Notes under the pieces: model-generated
What the model saw: the letters and a program-made list of their open reading frames with translations, nothing else
Databases searched by the model: none
Told to the model about the DNA's origin: nothing
NCBI GenBank assembly: GCA_964468295.1
Contig: CAYXUK010000003.1
Location: forward strand, 1-38,876
Direction: 5' to 3'
Source of the DNA: an uncultured bacterium
GTDB lineage: Bacteria; Fidelibacterota; Marinisomatia; Marinisomatales; TCS55
Length of the DNA: 38,876 nucleotides
Program-made: the position numbers and the translations under genes
Part shown: one piece after another, positions 12,392 to 22,181 of the stretch
How positions within the stretch are numbered: position 1 is the first letter of the stretch
How the letters are laid out: the number at the start of each line of letters is the position of its first letter

Positions 12392-12478
12392 AATTGATTA
12401 TGTGCTACTGGATAAATAATAATCAATTTCCATTCTTTCTTACTTTTGTGCCTTTGTATTTCAAAAGAGGTATTTAAT

Positions 12479-13141
12479 ATGAAAAAAGTTGGAGTTTTAT
12501 TATCGGGTTGTGGTGTTAATGATGGGGCAGAAATCCATGAATCTGTGATTACAATGCTAGCACTGGATCGGGCGGATGTGGAAATGATCCTTATGGCGCC
12601 TAATATTGATCAAATGCATGTAGTCAACCATTATACGGGGCAGGAAATGGATGAATTTCGGAACGTACTTGTAGAATCTGCTCGGATTGCCAGGGGAGAA
12701 ATAAAAGATATGGCTGAGGTCACCGGAAACGATATGGATGCCTTGATTATGCCAGGTGGTTTTGGAGTGGCCAAAAATCTATGTGACTATGCCATGGCAG
12801 GTGCGGAATGTTCTGTTAATCCTGATGTTTATCGGTTGGTCAGTGAGGTGCACCTTGCCGGTAAGCCGGTTGGTGCAATCTGCATTGCTCCAGCAATGAT
12901 GGCTAAAATTTTGGGCGAGCAGAATGAGTCCGCTGAAATGACTATTGGTTCTGATGAAGTTACGGCTGAAGATATTAAAAAAATGGGCAGCACGCATATA
13001 GCGTGTCCAGTTTCGGAAATGGTAGTGGATAAAAATAATAAACTTGTAAGCACACCGGCCTATATGGAAGCCAAGTCTATCAAAGAAGCGGCAGAAGGGA
13101 TTGAAAAGCTAGTGGCGGAAGTTTTATCTATGGTTGAATGA
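12479..13141 (+). CDS. elbB: DJ-1/PfpI-family protein, ElbB-type (isoprenoid biosynthesis/glyoxalase-like)
   Basis: MKKVGVLLSGCGVNDGAEIHESV... is the characteristic ElbB N-terminus, and the conserved Cys lies in GAICIAP. I prefer the ATG at 12479 (AAGAGG 8 nt upstream) to the track's TTG at 12446. Confidence 0.85.
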   Translation: MKKVGVLLSGCGVNDGAEIHESVITMLALDRADVEMILMAPNIDQMHVVNHYTGQEMDEFRNVLVESARIARGEIKDMAEVTGNDMDALIMPGGFGVAKNLCDYAMAGAECSVNPDVYRLVSEVHLAGKPVGAICIAPAMMAKILGEQNESAEMTIGSDEVTAEDIKKMGSTHIACPVSEMVVDKNNKLVSTPAYMEAKSIKEAAEGIEKLVAEVLSMVE

Positions 13142-13440
13142 TAAAAGTTGCCAAACTATCTGAGATTCCTCAATGTGGGAGTAAACTTGTTATGGTGGGG
13201 GAAACGCCCGTAGCGCTATTCAATATCAAAGGAAAGATTCATGCCTGGGATAATCGTTGTCCACACCGAGGTGCGTCCTTGGCAGATGGAAATATTACAG
13301 AAGAAGTAATTCAATGCAAATTTCACCTTTGGAAATTTGATGTCAATAAAGCTTGTGCGGTAGCGAACCCAGAAATAAAAATAAAATCCTATGCTGTGGA
13401 AATACGAAGTGATGGCATTTATTTGGGATCATCTTTGTAG
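13138..13440 (+). CDS. small Rieske [2Fe-2S] domain protein (NirD-like)
   Basis: 100 aa with Rieske ligand motifs CPHRG and CKFHLW. The start overlaps the elbB stop (ATGA). Confidence 0.8.
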   Translation: MIKVAKLSEIPQCGSKLVMVGETPVALFNIKGKIHAWDNRCPHRGASLADGNITEEVIQCKFHLWKFDVNKACAVANPEIKIKSYAVEIRSDGIYLGSSL

Positions 13441-13466
13441 AATGTTAGTAAATTAATAAATCAGTA

Positions 13467-14402
13467 TTATAGTTTTGTTTCAGCCACTGTATTTTTGACT
13501 GCTTCTAAGGTATCATTTAAGGCATTTTTTTCTTTTTCTTGTAGTTCAAATTCCAAGATTCTCTCTACTCCACCAGCACCGATTACAGATGGAACTCCAA
13601 TAAAATATCCATCAATTCCAAATTCTCCTTCACACAAAGATGCACAGGGGATCACTCGTTTTTTATCACGTAAATAAGATTCAGCCATTTCAATGGCCGA
13701 TTGAGCTGGAGCATAAAAGGCAGATCCATTTCCAAGCAATTTAACGATCTCACCACCAGCAAAACGGGTACGGTCCACAATTTCTTCCAATCGATCGGCA
13801 GGGATCAATGTTTCCACAGGAACACCACCAACTGTCGCCAATCTAGTCACAGGGACCATTGTATCGCCGTGTCCTCCAAGGACCAGGCAAGTCACATCCT
13901 GAACTGAACAGCCAATCTCCATAGAAATAAAGGTTCGAAATCGCGCACTATCTAATGCACCAGCCATACCTACCACCTTATTTTTGGGGAATCCAGATAC
14001 TTTATAAAAAGCGTAGACCATTGCATCCAATGGATTAGAGATCACAATGACAAAAGCATTTGGGGCCTGTATTTTGATATTGGTAGCCACATCTTTCATA
14101 ATCCCCAAGTTGATTTCCAGGAGATCTTCCCGGTTCATACCTGGTTTACGGGGAACCCCAGCAGTAATAATGAATATGTCAGTGTTTTTCAGGTCATTCC
14201 AGTCAGAAGTTCCTGAGATATCAGCGTCATAGCCATCATGTGGGCGAAGCTGCATGAGATCCAATGATTTTCCTTGGACCATACCTTCCGCTTTGGGTAT
14301 ATCAAAAATAACGATATCACCCAATTCTTTCTGGGCAGCTAGTAGGGCCAGATTCCCACCGATCTGTCCGCCACCGATTAATGCAATTTTTGGCCGAGAC
14401 AT
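13467..14402 (-). CDS. mdh: malate dehydrogenase (LDH-like family)
   Basis: 311 aa. Contains the Rossmann motif [24 protein letters not shown] (substrate Arg) and GGHGDTMVP (catalytic His). Confidence 0.95.
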   Translation of the reverse strand: MSRPKIALIGGGQIGGNLALLAAQKELGDIVIFDIPKAEGMVQGKSLDLMQLRPHDGYDADISGTSDWNDLKNTDIFIITAGVPRKPGMNREDLLEINLGIMKDVATNIKIQAPNAFVIVISNPLDAMVYAFYKVSGFPKNKVVGMAGALDSARFRTFISMEIGCSVQDVTCLVLGGHGDTMVPVTRLATVGGVPVETLIPADRLEEIVDRTRFAGGEIVKLLGNGSAFYAPAQSAIEMAESYLRDKKRVIPCASLCEGEFGIDGYFIGVPSVIGAGGVERILEFELQEKEKNALNDTLEAVKNTVAETKL

Positions 14403-14475
14403 ATTGAGTCCTTTTCCTATTTATTAAAGTAATAATCCATAATGAAATTACATCTATTCGAAAAGTCTATAAATG

Positions 14476-14509
14476 AAAAACCCCGCCCTACAATGTAGAC
14501 CGGGGTTTT
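14476..14509 (-). terminator. intrinsic terminator downstream of rplU-rpmA (bidirectional-looking)
   Basis: AAAAACCCCG-CCCTACAATGTAGAC-CGGGGTTTTG. A GC-rich stem (CCCCG/CGGGG plus inner CTACA/TGTAG pairing) is flanked by an A-run and a T-run. It lies 24 nt beyond the rpmA stop and before the mdh start. Confidence 0.7.
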
Positions 14510-14532
14510 GTTAGAATGAATTGAAGTTCGTT

Positions 14533-14790
14533 TTACCCGTTATTAAATACGCTGACAATCTTGCGGTTACGGCCTTGACGCTTAAATTTAACGACACCAT
14601 CAATGGTTGAAAATAAAGTATCATCACCAGCTCGGCGCACATTGGTACCTGGATGAATTTTTGTACCGCGTTGTTTCAAAATGATTCCACCAGCAAGAAT
14701 GCTTTGTCCATCAGACACTTTTACTCCTAGCCATTTGGCATTAGAATCACGACCATTTTTAGAGCTGCCTACGCCTTTTTTATGTGCCAT
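14533..14790 (-). CDS. rpmA: 50S ribosomal protein L27
   Basis: 85 aa. [24 protein letters not shown] is the canonical L27 N-terminus. Confidence 0.97.
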   Translation of the reverse strand: MAHKKGVGSSKNGRDSNAKWLGVKVSDGQSILAGGIILKQRGTKIHPGTNVRRAGDDTLFSTIDGVVKFKRQGRNRKIVSVFNNG

Positions 14791-14792
14791 AA

Positions 14793-15185
14793 TTAATCTT
14801 TCTTCTTTTTGGGTTTGACAGCCTTTTTCTTTGGTACAGCCTTTTTCTTTGGTGCAGCCTTTTTCTTTAGTGCTGAGGTTTTGATCTCATCGATCTGAAT
14901 CAATGAAAAACTTTGACGGTGCCCATTTTTCCGTTTATAACCTTTTCGCCGTTTTTTCTTAAATACAATCACTTTTCGCTCTCGTCCGTTATCCAGGACG
15001 GTTCCAGATATAGATACATCTTTAACTATTGGTTCACCTATCCGAATATTCTTACCGTCATTCATAAGAAGTACTTGATCAAATTTGATCTTTTTTCCGG
15101 CTTCTGTGCCCAGACTAGCTACCTTAATTTGGTCACCTTCTGCGACACGGTATTGTTTTCCTGCTATATTTACGATTGCAAACAT
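14793..15185 (-). CDS. rplU: 50S ribosomal protein L21 with a lysine-rich C-terminal extension
   Basis: 130 aa. [14 protein letters not shown]... is a canonical L21 start. The tail is [24 protein letters not shown]. It lies 2 nt upstream of rpmA. Confidence 0.95.
   Translation of the reverse strand: MFAIVNIAGKQYRVAEGDQIKVASLGTEAGKKIKFDQVLLMNDGKNIRIGEPIVKDVSISGTVLDNGRERKVIVFKKKRRKGYKRKNGHRQSFSLIQIDEIKTSALKKKAAPKKKAVPKKKAVKPKKKKD
14819..14872. repeat. 3 x 18-bp tandem repeat inside the rplU 3' end
   Basis: The plus strand reads CAGCCTTTTTCTTTGGTA / CAGCCTTTTTCTTTGGTG / CAGCCTTTTTCTTTAGTG at 14819-14836, 14837-14854 and 14855-14872. These encode the KKKAxP units of the L21 tail. Confidence 0.9.
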
Positions 15186-15211
15186 GATTTTCTCAAAAAA
15201 AGCTGGTGAAT

Positions 15212-16810
15212 TTAAGCTGACTCATTCTTGTGTTCAACACCAACGTGTTCAATTTCTTTCTGGCCATTTTTTGTAGATAAAAAACGAAATTCATCACGGG
15301 CAATTTCCGGATTTGCCTCAATAGTGATATATGTAAAGTTTTGCCACATTAGTCCCCGCAGGGCTTTTTTATTATCTTTCATAAAATGGGCAATCTCAGG
15401 ATGAAGTTCCAATTTGAGCCTTAAACTGCGGTGTTTGGATTTATATCTGCGCAGCCAATGGTCAATTCTCGTAAGAAGTGTTTCCCGGGACATAATGCGC
15501 CCTGCACCATAGCAAGTCGGACACTCTTCACTCATGGAATCTAATAGGCTTAAACGAATTCTTTGACGGGTCATTTCTAATAGACCGAATTCAGAAATAG
15601 GAGAAACAGCTACTTTGGCCCGATCTTTTTTTAATTCCTTACGAAGATCATAATAAATTTTTCGACGATTGGCTTCTTCGCGCATATCAATGAAATCTAT
15701 GACAACGAGGCCAGATAGATCTCTTAAACGAAGTTGACGTGCTACCTCTTTACATGCTTCCAAATTGATTTTCAGTGAATTTTCTTCATGGTTTTTTTTG
15801 CCAATAAAACGGCCACTATTTACATCTACAACTACCATTGCTTCAGTCTTTTCAATAATAAGATAAGCCCCACTTTTTAGCCAAACTTTTGGCCTGAGCA
15901 GTTTATCTAGTTCCTTTTCGATCCCCATGCTTTCAAAAAGGGGTTGTTTCAGTCTATAATGCTCCAGATGGCTAGCCATATTGGGAGAAATATCTTCTAA
16001 ATATCCTTGAAGCTTGCGATAAAGCTTTTTGGAATCGATTACAATTTTACTGATATCGGGGGTAAATAAATCTCGGATTACACTAGAGGCAGTTTCTAAA
16101 TCTTCATAAACCAAAGCCGCCCCTTTTGTCCGGTTACTTTTATTTTGCAATTTTTTCCAATTTTCAATCAAGTTAGAATAATCGTTTTGAATAAGCTCTT
16201 CGCTTTTCCCTTCAGCAACCGTACGGACAATTACACCCACTCCTCTTTTTTTCATTGAGGAAACTATTTTCTTTAACCGGCGCCGTTCGTATTTATCCCA
16301 TATTTTTTTAGATATACCAATATAATTGACATTAGGGACTAGAACCAGTAATCGTCCAGGTAGCGCAATTTCTGTCGTGACGCGGGGACCTTTGCCAGCA
16401 AATGCTTCCTTAATTACCTGAACAAATATATCCTGTCCAGATTTTAATTCAACATTGATGTTATCCCGAATCTTTCGCCGATTTTTTTGGGCACCATTTT
16501 TACTATTTTTACGTTTGGATGAACGATGGTCATCCTCATCTGAATCTGCCAGGTAGGCAGAATTTTCTATTTCAGAGAAAGGGAGGAATGCATTGATATC
16601 ATAACCGATATCAACAAAGGCAGCCTGCATACCGGGTAGGACGTTTTCAACTTGTCCTTTATAAATATTTCCCACCATGCGATGGCTTTCCTGCTTCTCG
16701 ACATACACTTCAACAAGTGTACCATCTTCAACGATAGCAATTCGAGATTCCCCCATACTTTCGCTGATAAAAATCTCATTTTTCATATCCTTACTCCAAA
16801 GATTTACCAA
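15212..16810 (-). CDS. rng: ribonuclease E/G family endoribonuclease (RNase G-like)
   Basis: 532 aa. S1-like N-terminus, catalytic-region motifs VVVDVNSGRF and LVVIDFIDM, and the Zn-link CPTCYGAGR. The true start may be the second ATG (MKNEIF, 16786). A basic insertion (SKRKNSKNGAQKNRRKIR) is present. Confidence 0.9.
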   Translation of the reverse strand: MVNLWSKDMKNEIFISESMGESRIAIVEDGTLVEVYVEKQESHRMVGNIYKGQVENVLPGMQAAFVDIGYDINAFLPFSEIENSAYLADSDEDDHRSSKRKNSKNGAQKNRRKIRDNINVELKSGQDIFVQVIKEAFAGKGPRVTTEIALPGRLLVLVPNVNYIGISKKIWDKYERRRLKKIVSSMKKRGVGVIVRTVAEGKSEELIQNDYSNLIENWKKLQNKSNRTKGAALVYEDLETASSVIRDLFTPDISKIVIDSKKLYRKLQGYLEDISPNMASHLEHYRLKQPLFESMGIEKELDKLLRPKVWLKSGAYLIIEKTEAMVVVDVNSGRFIGKKNHEENSLKINLEACKEVARQLRLRDLSGLVVIDFIDMREEANRRKIYYDLRKELKKDRAKVAVSPISEFGLLEMTRQRIRLSLLDSMSEECPTCYGAGRIMSRETLLTRIDHWLRRYKSKHRSLRLKLELHPEIAHFMKDNKKALRGLMWQNFTYITIEANPEIARDEFRFLSTKNGQKEIEHVGVEHKNESA

Positions 16811-17097
16811 CTATGGGTTCTTATTATTTTGGATCGGAGATGAAAGGAAGGAAACATTCGGCCCTTCAGCCGAGGTAGAATTCCACAGAACGAATCAATT
16901 TAATCTTCTGAAGGTGGAAAAATTTTGCAACTATTTTCGATAGGTCTAAAATCAGACCGAAAAAACTTTTTGGATACTCACCTTCAATTCATCTACATCC
17001 AATAAGGAAAATACATAGTGTAACCCAGCTGACCAAGAAATATAACAGATTGATAATAAGTTTGGCTTCGATTCGATTTTACTATTAATTTGGGCTG

Positions 17098-17146
17098 GTC
17101 GTGATTTGCGCCCTATTGCCGCGACATAAAAAAATGGTGCTAAAAA
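17098..17146 (+). promoter_or_regulatory. candidate SAM-II/SAM-V-like H-type pseudoknot riboswitch aptamer in the metH leader
   Basis: P1 hairpin GUCGUG (17098-17103) pairs with CGCGAC (17120-17125). Loop segment GCGCC (17108-17112) can pair with GGUGC (17136-17140). U-rich AUUU precedes the loop strand, A-rich AUAAAAAAAU links P1 to the 3' strand, and the 3' strand continues as GGUGCUAAAAA. This resembles the AAAGCUAAAAA-type 3' strand of SAM-II/V as I recall it. Not verified with a covariance model. Confidence 0.35.
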
Positions 17147-17153
17147 GGTATTC

Positions 17154-17180
17154 AGCCCCGAGATAGCATCGGGGTTTTTT
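17154..17180 (+). terminator. intrinsic terminator/attenuator hairpin ending 3 nt before the metH ATG
   Basis: AGCCCCGA-GAUAGCA-UCGGGGUUUUUU. A 6-bp GC-rich stem is followed by a 6-T run (17175-17180). No upstream plus-strand gene exists that it could terminate, since rng is divergent. Confidence 0.55.
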
Positions 17181-17183
17181 ATT

Positions 17184-20100
17184 ATGAGAAGTATTAGAGA
17201 AATATTTAAAAAACGGATCTTAGTGCTGGACGGTGCCATGGGAACCATGGTACAGTCGTACAATTTGTCTGAGGTCGATTTTCGTGGTGAGCGCTTTGTA
17301 TCGCATTCAAAGGATTTGAAAGGTAACAATGATATTTTGTGCCTTACCCGCCCTGATGTGGTGGCTGAAATTCATCAAGCTTATTTTGATGCAGGTGCTG
17401 ACATTATCGAAACCAATACTTTTAACGCCAACGCGATTTCCCAGTTAGATTATGCCATGGAAGGCCTAGCCTATGAGATTAATCTGGAAGCAGCAAAGAT
17501 CGCTAAAACTGTCGCAAAAAACTTCACTGATAAAACGCGCTTTGTAGCCGGTGCACTAGGGCCAACTAACCGCACTGCTTCCCTTGGCCCCGATGTCAAT
17601 AATCCGGGATTTCGAAATATTTCTTTTGATGAATTACGAGATGCCTATTTTGATCAGGCAAAGGGCCTTTTTGATGGTGGTGTTGACTTTTTTCTGATTG
17701 AAACGGTATTTGATACACTGAATTGTAAAGCTGCCTTGTTTGCAGTGCAGGAACTGTTGGAAAATGAAGGGGTGGATATTCCTGTGTTTGTTTCTGGAAC
17801 CATTACCGATGCCAGTGGGCGCACTCTTTCGGGACAAACAGTGGAAGCTTTTTGGAATTCGGTTCGTCACGCTAATCTCACAGCCATAGGGCTTAACTGT
17901 GCACTAGGTGCTGAACAAATCCGTCCTTGGCTGGATGAGTTATCATCGGTAGCAAATACCTATGCATTTGTCTATCCCAATGCGGGGCTTCCCAATGAAT
18001 TTGGTGAATATGATGAAACACCGGAAAAAATGGCCGAAATTATTCGAGAATTTGCAGAAAGTGGACTGGTAAACCTTGTTGGTGGATGCTGTGGTACAAC
18101 ACCAAACCATATTAAGGCTATTGCAGAAGCGGTGGATGGTATAAAACCGAGAAAAATTCCGATTATTCAACCATTAACTAGATTAAGTGGACTCGAGCCA
18201 GTTACTATCCGATCAGATAGCAATTTTGTGAATGTGGGAGAGCGAACCAATGTGACTGGTTCGGCCCGTTTCCAACGTCTGATCAAGGAAGATAATTATG
18301 AAGAGGCCCTATCAGTAGCGCGTCAACAGATCGAGAATGGTGCCCAGGTAATTGATGTGAACATGGATGAAGGACTTCTAGACTCGGAACAAGCCATGGA
18401 AACTTTTCTGCGGCTGATTGCCTCAGAGCCGGATATCGCTAAAGTACCTGTCATGGTAGACTCTTCCAAATGGACTGTCCTGGAAACAGGGCTGAAAAAT
18501 CTACAGGGTAAAGGCATTGTCAATTCTATTTCTATGAAAGAGGGTGAGGATGAATTTATTCGCCAGGCCAAAATCATCAAAAATTATGGTGCCGCCGTTA
18601 TCGTAATGGCCTTTGATAAAAAAGGCCAAGCAGATACTTATGATCGGAAGGTCGAAATTTGTACAAGGGCTTATCATATTTTAACAAAAAAGGTTGGATT
18701 TTTACCGGAAGACATCATTTTTGACCCGAATATTTTTGCTGTAGCTACTGGCATTGAAGAACATAACGAATACGGTAAAGCATTTATTGATGCGGCCAAA
18801 ACGATCAAAGAAACATTACCCGGAGTTCATATTAGTGGTGGTGTAAGTAATCTTTCTTTTTCCTTTCGGGGAAATAACGGTGTCCGTGAAGCTATGCATT
18901 CCACATTTTTGTTTCACGCAATTCAGGCGGGGATGGATATGGGGATTGTTAACGCTGGACAACTTACTATTTATAATGAAATTGCACCTGATTTAAAAGA
19001 GCGGGTTGAAGATGTTATATTTAATCGTAGAAATGATGCCACAGAAAGACTAGTCGAAATCGCGGAAGGATTCAAGGGTGTTAAAAAAACGCAAGAAAAA
19101 GATTTAACATGGCGAAAAAATGCTGTAGAAGAAAGATTAAGTCATGCTCTAGTGAAAGGTATTACCGATTTTGTTGTTGACGACACGGAGGAAGCTCGAA
19201 AAGAATATAGCCGTCCAATTGAGGTGATTGAAGGGCCCCTGATGGATGGGATGAACGTGGTGGGAGATTTGTTTGGTAGTGGAAAAATGTTTTTGCCTCA
19301 GGTAGTAAAATCGGCACGGGTGATGAAAAAAGCAGTCGCCCATCTTATTCCATTTATTGAAAAAGAAAAAAATGAATTGGGTCTTACCGGTAAATCCAAC
19401 GGTAAAATTGTCATGGCAACCGTAAAGGGGGATGTCCATGATATAGGAAAAAATATTGTGGGAGTGGTACTTGGTTGTAATGGTTATGATGTAATTGACT
19501 TAGGGGTAATGGTTCCATCTGAAAAAATACTATCTACCGCCGAGGACGTAGGTGCTGATATTATCGGTCTTTCAGGGCTGATTACGCCTAGTTTGGATGA
19601 AATGGTCCATATAGCCAGTGAAATGGAACGCCTTAAATTTGACATTCCACTGCTCATTGGTGGTGCCACCACCAGCCGCAAGCATACTGCGGTAAAGATC
19701 GAAGAAAATTATAGTGGGCCTACAATCCATGTAATCGATGCATCTCGGGCTGTGGGTGTGGTAAGCAAGATCATGAATAAAGATGAAAAAGAAAATTTTG
19801 TGGAAAGTGTTCGGAAAGATTTCCAACAAATACGTGTGACTAGAGCTCAAAAAACTGCCATTAAAACGTTATCTCTGGATGATGCGCGGAAACGGAAGAT
19901 TAAAGTGGATTGGGATAGTTCCCTGGTTCTAAAACCCAAGTTGCAGGGTATAAAAGTATTTAATAATTATCTCCTGGATGAACTGGTAGATTATATTGAC
20001 TGGTCACCATTTTTTCATGCCTGGGAGTTAAAAGGGGTCTATCCCAAAATATTATCCAACAAAAAGTACGGAGAGGAAGCCCAAAAACTGTTAGATGATG

Positions 20101-20723
20101 GTAAGTATTTATTGCAGCGGATTGTATCAGAAAAATTATTGACTGCCAAGGCTGTCATTGGTATCTACCCTGCACATGGGGAGAATGAAACGGTTTTTTC
20201 AGAAAGCGTTGAATTCAATTTTCCGCGCCAGCAAATCGATAAAGGTAGAAATCAGCCTAATTACAGTCTGGCGGATTTTATTGCACCAAAAGATGATTAT
20301 TTAGGAATGTTTGCCGTAACTACCGGTCATGGACTGGAAACAATTGTAAAAGATTTTGAGGATCAAAACGATGATTATAACGCTATCATGGCCAAAGTGT
20401 TGGCAGATCGTTTAGTGGAGGCCTTAGCGGAAAGGATGCACGAACGGGTCCGGAAAGAATTCTGGGGATATGCTTCTGATGAACAAATGAGTAATGAAGA
20501 ATTAATTAGAGAAAAATATAAGGGTATACGTCCAGCGCCGGGTTACCCATCTTGCCCTAGTCATAAAGAAAAAGATAAGATTTGGTCATTGCTGGAAGTG
20601 ACAAAAAATACGGATATTACCTTAACAGAAACTCGAGCCATGTATCCGGCTGCCTCTGTATGCGGGTGGTATTTTTCTCACCCAGAATCACGCTATTTTT
20701 CTGTGAGCGATATTGGTTTATAA
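17184..20723 (+). CDS. metH: cobalamin-dependent methionine synthase
   Basis: 1179 aa. Hcy-binding N-terminus [13 protein letters not shown] with the GGCCGTTP zinc site, a pterin-binding domain, the B12-binding DxHxxG motif ([11 protein letters not shown]) and the AdoMet-activation domain ([14 protein letters not shown]). Confidence 0.97.
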   Translation: MRSIREIFKKRILVLDGAMGTMVQSYNLSEVDFRGERFVSHSKDLKGNNDILCLTRPDVVAEIHQAYFDAGADIIETNTFNANAISQLDYAMEGLAYEINLEAAKIAKTVAKNFTDKTRFVAGALGPTNRTASLGPDVNNPGFRNISFDELRDAYFDQAKGLFDGGVDFFLIETVFDTLNCKAALFAVQELLENEGVDIPVFVSGTITDASGRTLSGQTVEAFWNSVRHANLTAIGLNCALGAEQIRPWLDELSSVANTYAFVYPNAGLPNEFGEYDETPEKMAEIIREFAESGLVNLVGGCCGTTPNHIKAIAEAVDGIKPRKIPIIQPLTRLSGLEPVTIRSDSNFVNVGERTNVTGSARFQRLIKEDNYEEALSVARQQIENGAQVIDVNMDEGLLDSEQAMETFLRLIASEPDIAKVPVMVDSSKWTVLETGLKNLQGKGIVNSISMKEGEDEFIRQAKIIKNYGAAVIVMAFDKKGQADTYDRKVEICTRAYHILTKKVGFLPEDIIFDPNIFAVATGIEEHNEYGKAFIDAAKTIKETLPGVHISGGVSNLSFSFRGNNGVREAMHSTFLFHAIQAGMDMGIVNAGQLTIYNEIAPDLKERVEDVIFNRRNDATERLVEIAEGFKGVKKTQEKDLTWRKNAVEERLSHALVKGITDFVVDDTEEARKEYSRPIEVIEGPLMDGMNVVGDLFGSGKMFLPQVVKSARVMKKAVAHLIPFIEKEKNELGLTGKSNGKIVMATVKGDVHDIGKNIVGVVLGCNGYDVIDLGVMVPSEKILSTAEDVGADIIGLSGLITPSLDEMVHIASEMERLKFDIPLLIGGATTSRKHTAVKIEENYSGPTIHVIDASRAVGVVSKIMNKDEKENFVESVRKDFQQIRVTRAQKTAIKTLSLDDARKRKIKVDWDSSLVLKPKLQGIKVFNNYLLDELVDYIDWSPFFHAWELKGVYPKILSNKKYGEEAQKLLDDGKYLLQRIVSEKLLTAKAVIGIYPAHGENETVFSESVEFNFPRQQIDKGRNQPNYSLADFIAPKDDYLGMFAVTTGHGLETIVKDFEDQNDDYNAIMAKVLADRLVEALAERMHERVRKEFWGYASDEQMSNEELIREKYKGIRPAPGYPSCPSHKEKDKIWSLLEVTKNTDITLTETRAMYPAASVCGWYFSHPESRYFSVSDIGL

Positions 20724-21315
20724 AGAAGATACGGCCCAATATTGGGAAGACATTTATCTGGAAGATGATGCGGGCTGGGATCTGGGTGGCATTACACCAA
20801 TTTTTGATAGTATTTCTGATAAGTTAAAACACGGCAAGGTATGTATTGTAGGCTGTGGCCGTGGTTATGATGCGGCTATGTTTGCCCAAAAGGGATTCGA
20901 TGTTACAGCAGTCGATTTTGCATCTTCAGCAACAACAGCGTTGGAAATAATATCTGAAGAAAAAAATGTGAATGTCCAGATACTCCAGACTGATATGTTT
21001 TGCCTAACACCCAAATATGATAATGTTTTTGACTATGTTATTGAGCAAACTTGTTTTTGTGCTGTTAACCCTGAGCGCCGGCAGGAATATGAAAGGCTGG
21101 TATACAAAATTCTAAAACCGGGCGGGAAATTAATCGGTCTATGGTTCCCTCTGGATAAGACAATATCAGATGGGGGACCACCATGGGGAACAACCATTGA
21201 TGAAGTAAAATCCATCTTCAAAAATGATTGGATTATTGAAAACGAAGAATTCCCAGAAAAATCCATTCAACCCAGAAAGAATCGTGAAAAACTTATTATT
21301 TTTGAAAAACAATGA
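20713..21315 (+). CDS. SAM-dependent halide/thiol methyltransferase (HOL/TPMT family)
   Basis: 200 aa. The only in-frame start is TTG at 20713, overlapping the metH 3' end by 11 nt. YWEDIY...[57 protein letters not shown]...GGPPWG and PRKNREKL align convincingly with plant HOL1/bacterial TPMT-type methyltransferases as I recall them. Confidence 0.8.
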   Translation: MVYKEDTAQYWEDIYLEDDAGWDLGGITPIFDSISDKLKHGKVCIVGCGRGYDAAMFAQKGFDVTAVDFASSATTALEIISEEKNVNVQILQTDMFCLTPKYDNVFDYVIEQTCFCAVNPERRQEYERLVYKILKPGGKLIGLWFPLDKTISDGGPPWGTTIDEVKSIFKNDWIIENEEFPEKSIQPRKNREKLIIFEKQ

Positions 21316-21397
21316 TTGATTAATCTCTATTTCATTTTTTATTTGCGTAAATCAATCAAATAATCATAGAAATATAGTATTCAAACTAACTTTTGTC

Positions 21398-22180
21398 ATG
21401 CATTCTGAATTAAAAATAGCAAAAGAAGCAGCCCTACAGGCTGGGAGTATTATCCTTAATTTTTATAAATCTGATTATGAGATCAAAGATAAAGGGTATC
21501 ATAATCCTGTTACTACAGCTGATCATGCAGCGGATTTAAGACTAAAAGAGATTCTGATGGAAGCTAGACCGGAATATGGTTGGTTATCAGAAGAATCGAT
21601 AGATTCCACGGAACGACTAAGTAAAGAACGGGTTTGGGTTGTAGACCCATTGGATGGAACCAAAGAATTCATTGAAGGGGTGTCTAACTTTGTTGTGAGT
21701 GTGGCTTTAGTCGAAAATGACGTACCAATTGTAGGTGTTCTATTCAACCCTGTGACAGATGAAATTTTTACTGCAGCTCAAGGTAAAGGGGCTCAATTAA
21801 ATAGTAAAACCATACAGTGCGTGACAAAAGATAATTTAGAAGATATGGTGATGTTGAATAGTCGATCGGAAACACGTCGGGGGCTTTGGAAACCGTATGC
21901 AGGTATATTTGGCCAACTGAAGGCTGTCGGTTCTGTTGCATACAAGCTGGGTCTAACCGCAGCTGGGCATGCCGATATATTCGCAACTCTACGTCCAAAA
22001 AATGAATGGGATATTTGTGCCGGGACTTGCATTATTCATGAAGCAGGCGGAAAAGTGATTGACCTAAACGGCAATGATATTAGTTTTAATCAGGAAAAGA
22101 CCTTGATAGAGCCTGGTTTGATTGCTGGAGATAACCAAGCTGTGGATAAAATATTTAACATACTTACTGCAAAGACATAA
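21398..22180 (+). CDS. inositol monophosphatase family protein (IMPase/CysQ-like)
   Basis: 260 aa. Contains the metal-binding motifs LSEES, WVVDPLDGTKEF and WDICAG. Confidence 0.85.
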   Translation: MHSELKIAKEAALQAGSIILNFYKSDYEIKDKGYHNPVTTADHAADLRLKEILMEARPEYGWLSEESIDSTERLSKERVWVVDPLDGTKEFIEGVSNFVVSVALVENDVPIVGVLFNPVTDEIFTAAQGKGAQLNSKTIQCVTKDNLEDMVMLNSRSETRRGLWKPYAGIFGQLKAVGSVAYKLGLTAAGHADIFATLRPKNEWDICAGTCIIHEAGGKVIDLNGNDISFNQEKTLIEPGLIAGDNQAVDKIFNILTAKT

Positions 22181-22181
22181 A

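Noticed and set aside
12392-12428. A perfect 10-bp inverted repeat AATTGATTAT...ATAATCAATT just after the queG stop.
   Set aside because: The stem is almost pure A/T, so it would be a very weak terminator, and such repeats arise easily in AT-rich spacers. Not called. It could still be an operator and would need conservation data.
12446-12478. The track's TTG start for elbB (MCLCISKEVFNM...).
   Set aside because: The conserved ElbB N-terminus begins at MKKVGVLLSGCG, with AAGAGG 8 nt upstream of ATG 12479. The extra 11 residues have no counterpart in the family as I know it.
16811-17183. A cobalamin riboswitch upstream of metH.
   Set aside because: I could not find a B12-box-like GCCACUG or AGYCMGG..ACC element, or the GGUG..AAUCC core, on the plus strand. 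Cobalamin riboswitches also classically control metE rather than metH.
16952-17329. A 125-aa minus-strand ORF spanning the metH leader and start.
   Set aside because: It overlaps the well-supported metH N-terminus in antisense and crosses the terminator hairpin. Its composition is atypical and it has no recognisable motifs, so it is most likely a chance ORF.
21313-21358. A 9-bp inverted repeat TGATTGATT...AATCAATCA after the methyltransferase gene.
   Set aside because: It is AT-rich with a 28-nt loop. It is not convincing as a terminator or operator without comparative support.
22122-22181. The track's upstream start for thyX, overlapping the IMPase-family gene by 59 nt.
   Set aside because: ATG 22182 gives a typical ThyX N-terminus and a 1-nt spacer after the preceding stop. 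The upstream extension lies entirely inside the previous gene.
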